DNA from: Eledone cirrhosa
Lineage: Eukaryota
NCBI GenBank assembly: GCA_964016885.1
Contig: OZ024746.1
Coordinates: forward strand, 69,192,001-69,256,000
DNA: 64,000 nt
Reading direction: 5' to 3'
Part shown: positions 57,011 through 64,000 of the stretch, piece after piece
How positions within the stretch are numbered: position 1 is the first letter of the stretch
Layout of the letters: the number at the start of each line of letters is the position of its first letter
Program-made: the position numbers and the translations under genes
Notes under the pieces: generated by a model
What the model saw: only the letters and a program-made list of their open reading frames with translations
Databases searched by the model: none
What the model was told of the DNA's origin: nothing

Positions 57011-57270
57011 ATACACGTGCTTTCAAAATAAAATTACTTATACATGGAGCGTCAAGTATGAAAATTTCTTCAGAATGTTTCCTGCATTTCTTAACCCCAC
57101 GCCCAATTACTTTATAGATATATGTTTGCATATGTAATGAAATTCCCATCATTGCAATCTCTGTTTAACTCCATCTCCAAAGTATTCGTAATATTTTCAT
57201 TCTTACAAACAAAATACACTTAACGTTTCGTGTATATATAAAAATATGCCTATTTTAAAAGCACGTGTAT
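57011..57270. repeat. Foldback / MITE-like inverted repeat
   Basis: ATACACGTGCTTTCAAAATA (57011-57030) matches the reverse complement of 57251-57270 at 19/20. Inner arms 57039-57059 and 57216-57236 are also imperfectly complementary. Confidence 0.7.
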
Positions 57271-57324
57271 CATGGAAAAAAGTCTCTGCATTAAAATGAA
57301 ATTTCGTTTCGGTAATTCTAACAA

Positions 57325-57369
<45 letters not shown>

Positions 57370-57653
57370 GAAAGGTATAGAAAACATATATATATATATA
57401 CATACACACATTACCAACTACGCACGTATTCGGCAAGTTACATACACACACACACACGAAATATGAGAAGTTTTATATTCAAAGTACATGAAATAGTCAA
57501 ACGTTCACTGAAGGAGCACTCAATACATGTAGGGAGTGTATAAATTGTATTTTTCGAAGAAACCAGTGACGGTATGTTCGAAGTTTCGGCTGTTGATTCT
57601 TCATATTGATATACATATATATACACACACACACACACACGTTGCTTGCTTAT

Positions 57654-57696
<43 letters not shown>

Positions 57697-57912
57697 TATT
57701 CATGGGTTCTAGACTCCAGGTGGAGTCGTGGAGGACGTCATGACACGGTTCTCTCCAAGGCGGAACACTCGATATCTTCTGGATACAGAAGAAGACTCGA
57801 TCCAGTATTTTATTTATCGATCTCGAAAGGCAAAGTTGACATCGTTTGTATTTGAACTCAGAATACAGAGCCAGAACGAATACTGGAAAGCGCATTCTAC
57901 CTGACTCTGCCA

Positions 57913-57951
<39 letters not shown>

Positions 57952-58258
57952 ACTCTCTGGTGACACAAAAACGAGTGGGATTAATGTTTACTGTCAAATT
58001 CCTCGAGTAAATGCTCAGATCAAGATATATAGACACATAGAATAATAATGGAGTTTTTCACCATTTTTATTCCTCCCTTCTGCTTTTTCCATCCATCCTT
58101 GGAGAAACGTGTTAGAAAATTATGTATTAACCTTTTCATCTTGGCTATTCGGCCATTATATATCTATATATCATCGAAGCAGACAAATAGAATTCGTCCA
58201 AGATCGCCAGAGAGAGATTAATTATATTATTGAGATTATAATCATACACACATTAGGG

Positions 58259-58306
<48 letters not shown>

Positions 58307-58668
58307 CACCTACAATACAAATAAATATATTACACATACATATATTCATATTGTACATATACAAACACACACGTACACACATTTATAACATTTGATGTAC
58401 ACAGAAGCCATTGGTGAATGGAAAGTACTCAATACATAATGTGTGTTTTTTAGAGAGACAGAGAGAGAAGAGAAAGAGGGATGTAGCTATTGTGTGAGAG
58501 TGCGTGTTGAATAAGAGGACAATAAGAAACAGGTATTTGTCATATAAATGTGGAAACAAATACAAAATGAGGAGGGTGGGGGCAGTTAAAATATATAAGT
58601 AAAAATAAAAGAATCATAATCATAAGATGAAGAATCTGGTCATGGTGACCTTTTAAATATATACGTAC

Positions 58669-58792
58669 CTCCGCGGTTTAATCGTGATCCGGGAGCTATA
58701 CCAACACAAGTAGAACAGGAAAACCACAGAATGGCCATGTAATGAGCGACTAGAAAATAAAATAGTCGTCTTTTTTTAGCGACGGCAAGCAT
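58669..58792 (-). CDS. Probable first coding exon encoding a signal peptide (secreted or membrane protein)
   Basis: ATG at 58792, 41 codons MLAVAKKRRLFYFLVAHYMAILWFSCSTCVGIAPGSRLNRG, then phase-1 donor GAG|GTACGT. Basic n-region, hydrophobic h-region, small-residue c-region; locally CpG-rich unique sequence. Confidence 0.6.
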
Positions 58793-58843
58793 CGTCACTT
58801 ACTTTGGCTCCAGTTGGAAAAATAATGATTGCGTGTGTGTGTG

Positions 58844-59861
58844 TATATATATATATATATACTATATATATACTATATATATATATATATATACACTATA
58901 TATATACTATATATATATATATATATACACTATATATATACACTATATACTATATATATATATATATATACTATATATACACTATATACTATAGATATAC
59001 ACTATATACTATATATATACACTATATATATACATATACTATATATATACATATACTATATATATATACACTATATATACTATATATATACACTATATAT
59101 ATATATACACTATATATATATATACACTATATATATATGTACTATATATATATATACTATATATATATATATATATATACACTATATATATACTATATAT
59201 ATATACTATATATATACTATATATATATATAAACTATATATATATACACTATATATATATACACTATATATACACTATATATATACTATATATATATACA
59301 CTATATATACATATACATATACTATATATACATACTATATATATATACTATATATATATATACTATATATATACACTATATATATACACTATATATATAC
59401 ACTATATATATACACTATATATATACACTATATATATATATATATATATACACTATATATATATATATATATATACACTATATATATATATATATATATA
59501 CACTATATATATATATATATATATACACTATATATATATATATATATACTATATATATATATATATATATACTATATATATATATATATATATACTATAT
59601 ATATATATATACTATATATATATATATATATATACTATATATATATATATACTATATATATATATATATATATATACTATATATATATATATACTATATA
59701 TATACTATATATATATATATATATACTATATATATATATATATATATACTATATATATATATATATATATACTATATATATATATATATATATACTATAT
59801 ATATATATATATATATATACTATATATATATATATATACTATATATATATATATATATATA

Positions 59862-59895
<34 letters not shown>

Positions 59896-59937
59896 TATAT
59901 ATATATATATATATATATATAGTATATATATATATAT
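58844..59937. repeat. (TA)nC microsatellite array 3 (about 1.1 kb) with TACACTA variant
   Basis: Same C-on-plus polarity, flanked by (GT)n on both sides. Confidence 0.95.
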
Positions 59938-60896
59938 GTGGTGTGTGTGTGTGTGTGTTGTAGTAGTAGTAATTATTACGATGATCTCTCTAAGATTAAT
60001 ACAAAATAAACGATAGGTGGTCACATATACGTAGTATGTGTTTGTTATTTGTTTGTTGTTGTTTTCAGAACAATGAAGGTAGTCCCTTTGACTTGGTTGA
60101 GTTGTAGTAATTTGGTTGATTCTCACTGACGTTGGAGGTCAAATTAGTTTGAGCAGTTGTTGCAGTAAAATAGTTGCTGGTGTTGTTATTGTTAGGCCAA
60201 CTTTGGTTGATATTAGCAAATGTATTATTACTACATGGTTATTAGTTCTGTTAAGCAGCATCGTAGGAAACACAGTCATCATGGTTGTCTATTCTTTATG
60301 CGAACAGATAAATTATAGATATTATTTCTGTTATACATCTCTGTATGTATATATGTAGCTTTCGCGGGATAACACTCACTCAATCACTCACTGCCTGCCA
60401 GGCTGAGTGAGTGCAGATTAAACTGCCACAAAAGCAATTCACACAGAAACATTTTTTCGTAAACAACGTTATCAAGTGATGATGATGATGATGACTAAGT
60501 TTTTCGAATAATTATCCTCTTATTTCCCCCATCGGAAGGCTTTAGAAATGGTGGTATTTTAGTCAAATGTAAGCAGACACGTCCATAATACACATAAGCA
60601 AGGTAAAGAAGAAGGGAAAGGTATAGCTTAAGATGCTAGCGTTGCTTTGCGGACAGGGAACCTTAACATGGTTAACGTTATAGCACTGAAGAAGCAGCAT
60701 GTGATGGTAGTAGTCAGAGGGAGAAAGAGAAAACAACAGTAAAAGATAGACGAGAGTGGGATAAAGCACACTGAGAGAGTGAGACATCTGTAGAGAGGGA
60801 GAGAGAAAAACAGACATAAATAGAGAAAGAGGTTGTTTTGAGTTAAACAAATATTTGTTTATTTATTGTTTCTTATTAATATATACGATATATACG

Positions 60897-60928
<32 letters not shown>

Positions 60929-61000
60929 TCTCTCTCTACTGAAAATTAAACAATTAAACAAAAATAATTATCAGGAGTTATATATATATACATATGTATG

Positions 61001-61041
<41 letters not shown>

Positions 61042-61435
61042 TACAAAAACAACAATTGAGTTTATATATATATATGTGTGTACTACAAAAATAATTATAA
61101 GGTGTTATATATATATATATAATATATACACTGGTAATTATAATGAGTTTTATATATATGTGTGTGTGAGTGTGTTGTGCACTCACACCCCCATAAAAAA
61201 ATTAAACAATTTTATAAAATAACAAAATAAATATTTGATTCCGAGAAAAAAGTTGCAGCTTAGCGAAAACAAAACGTGAAAAGGGGGAGGAGCTGGAAAT
61301 ACGTCAGACACGAGAAGGCAGAGATGACTGACAGAAAGTCACACATTTTGTGTGTAATGTTAATAATATCATACATACATACATTCACAAATACTCATAC
61401 GCGTGCGTGTATACATACATACACACACACACACA

Positions 61436-61491
<56 letters not shown>

Positions 61492-61503
61492 GATATATAT
61501 ATG

Positions 61504-61536
<33 letters not shown>

Positions 61537-61600
61537 TTGTCTCTCTCTCAATATATATATATATATATGTGTGAGTATGTGTGTGTTTGTCTCTCTTTCT

Positions 61601-61629
<29 letters not shown>

Positions 61630-61646
<17 letters not shown>

Positions 61647-61836
61647 AATGAAAACACTCACACACACACATATATATATATTATATATATATGTGTATGT
61701 GTGTGTTTGTCTCTCTCTCTCGATAAATATATATATATATATATATTATATATATAAATGAAAACACTCACACACACACATATATATATATTATATATAT
61801 ATGTGTATGTGTGTGTTTGTCTCTCTCTCTCGATAA

Positions 61837-61850
<14 letters not shown>
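61630..61850. repeat. 110-bp tandem duplication of compound microsatellite
   Basis: ATGAAAACACTCACAC..GTTTGTCTCTCTCTCTCGATAAAT occurs at 61648 and 61758. Confidence 0.85.
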
Positions 61851-61903
<53 letters not shown>

Positions 61904-62279
61904 TTACGTGATTGCGACAAACATTCGCAAAACTGAGTAATAACAGAGTAATCTCAGAATTAATGTGTATGCATGTGTGTGTGTGTATGCATGTGTGTGT
62001 GTGGAAATGTTACTATCATGTTTACCACTCTCTACAATATCAACCATTGATGCAGCAGTCGTAGTTTTCTTGACAACAACTATCATTACATACGTTTCCA
62101 TGAATATTAGTGTGTAATATAAATGTGTGTGTATTTATTAAAACAAAACCCAGAAAATCCTTGACGAATTGTTTTACATTCATATATTGTAGCATTCCGT
62201 TGGTGATCATACGTTTTAGGATCTTAAATATTGTAACAACTTTCTCTAAAATCGGAAACGATTTCCAAAATAATAATAA

Positions 62280-62383
62280 TAATTGTTTCTACTTTAGGCA
62301 CAAGGCCAGCAATTACCCAGTGCATTACTGGTACTTTATTTTATCGACCCCGTAAGGATGAAAGGCAAAGTCAACCTCGGCGA
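62280..62383 (-). mobile_element. Family A SINE, 5'-truncated, within (AAT)n
   Basis: TTGTTTCTACTTTAGGCACAAGGCCAGC..ATCGACCCCGTAAGGATGAAAGGCAAAGTCAACCTCGGCG, with AATAATAAT on both sides. Confidence 0.85.
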
Positions 62384-62855
62384 ATAATAATAATAATGCT
62401 TTCTTTATTGGCCACGCAAGGCTCACATTAAGAGAACAATAAGGACGGTACAGTGTGTGGGTTTTTTTTGTATGTAAAATAAAAATGATAATAATAATAA
62501 TAATAATGTTTTAATTCAGAAAAACTATATTCGTAAACAGCCACACCAATCTGCATTCCTACGCATCAAGGGATAGTAATATATACTACTATACAAATAC
62601 AAGAAGTGTGTACGCGAGGGGATTGGCTTTATTTGGCACAAACACTATAGCGTCCGACTAAATGCCTCCTAGTGCCTATATATAGATTCATTACCCGAAA
62701 TATTTAAGTTCAAATCTCACCGAGATTACCTTCCTTTACGCTCTCAGTCTAAGATAATATTGAGAAAAATGAGTAGAACAACTGCATGTAGTGGTGTGTA
62801 TTCATTAGTTCAATCGGTTATATCCTAACAAACACACCGTTACATATATATATAT

Positions 62856-62893
<38 letters not shown>

Positions 62894-62967
62894 ATGAGGG
62901 GGTGCGCGCGCGTGTGCACGTATAATTACGCACACACATGTATGTGTTTTATATATATATTCACACA

Positions 62968-63055
62968 CAGGGTGCCCCCCTCCCCCCAAAAAAAATCTAT
63001 TTACATATTTATTAGAAGGCTGTTGAAGTGAGTATACATTTTTGGAGACACCCTG
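62968..63055. mobile_element. Tiny Tc1/mariner-type MITE
   Basis: Ends CAGGGTG ... CACCCTG with TA on the right flank and CA on the left; 88 bp. Confidence 0.55.
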
Positions 63056-63499
63056 TATCTATATATGTGTGTATATATATATATATAGAGAGAGAGGGGG
63101 GGGGGGGGTGAATCAAAGGACATACATACATTACCATATTCTTTTTAAAGGAGCTAACATCAGCTTCCTTATTGTTTTGATGACGATCATAAAGAACCCC
63201 TTGAAATCCAGTTTTTTTTACAATCTCATTTTATTCAAGGGGAAGAAAGTGGATCTTTTGGCAGTATAAATTGGTAACCAGGTTAAGAATTTGTACAGAT
63301 TTCAATACCATAGTTTGGTGCCAGTCCCTTCATAAGTTTTTAGATACAGTTGATTGAATGTTTCTTCATCCTTTATTCCAAAGAATATAAACTTAGAGCC
63401 TCCTTACTTACCCCTATACCCACATACACACCAAATAATAAATTTAACAGTGGGCACAAATAAATTGCTATGCCCACCTTTGTTCCCCAATTAAATCTG

Positions 63500-63785
63500 G
63501 CCATGAGCATAAGTGATCTGAAGAAAAAATTCAGTATAAGAGGAATCTGATGCAGTGTGCAGCAAGAGAGAAGACTTTGCTGCTTTGGACATGTAATGTG
63601 TATGGATAATAACAGATATATGAAGAAGTGTAGAGAAATCTAGGTGGATGGGACCTGTGGAAGAAGACCTAGGTAGACTTGGGATGAAGTAATGTAGGTT
63701 GATCTTAGGAAATTAAGCCTCAAGATAGAGATGACAACGGATTGTGATGACTGGAGACATGCCATACTAGAAAGGACTTACCAAT
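63500..63785 (+). pseudogene. Decayed RTE LINE 3' region
   Basis: Encodes QERRLCCFGHVMCMDNNRYMKKC..DGTCG, TWDEV and DDWRHAILER with stops and frameshifts. Paralogous to 53690-53960. Confidence 0.8.
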
Positions 63786-64000
63786 AAAAACCAGATGTCT
63801 CTCCATTTCTGCTATAGTAATCACTACCACCCCCATATAATGCACCTTCTGTGCAGATGTGACCTGGCCTAACCTGGTCCATTCATACCCTACCCCTGTT
63901 AGAAAGGGCATCCAGCTGTAGAAAACTTGTCAATAAAAAGATTGAGAAGACACTTCAGTTATGTTCTAATGAGGTACTAGCAGTAAATACTCTGACATCT

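Noticed and set aside
57575-57606. Third hammerhead (ATGAAGA..CCGAAAC on the minus strand)
   Set aside because: The core C is missing and no stem II pairing is possible. At most a dead PLE remnant.

Overview
Very AT-rich, repeat-dense eukaryotic DNA. The SINE/LINE repertoire and abundant (TA)n/(CA)n microsatellites resemble a coleoid cephalopod (octopus-like) genome; this is inferred, not proven. No prokaryotic system, CRISPR array, rRNA or true tRNA gene is visible. The best-supported element is a full-length 1275-bp irritans/Hsmar2-like mariner (6137-7411) with TA target duplication, 31-bp TIRs, a DD34D triad and one premature stop. Decayed CRE-like, RTE, CR1/L2-like and hAT fragments, piggyBac-like and Tc1/mariner-like MITEs, several SINE families and a Penelope-type minimal hammerhead motif (5131-5166) are also present. 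About 15 kb is three strand-polarised (TA)nC arrays (36.9-45.7, 46.1-51.6 and 58.8-59.9 kb); the very long Ile/Tyr ORFs in the track are by-products of these arrays. A likely first coding exon of a minus-strand secreted or membrane protein (signal peptide plus phase-1 GT donor, 58669-58792, absent from the ORF track) would place the two large arrays inside an intron. CpG decay changes sharply near 23.2 kb. The most unusual candidate system is this polarised intronic satellite, but an assembly artefact cannot be excluded from sequence alone. Boundaries of decayed repeats are approximate.
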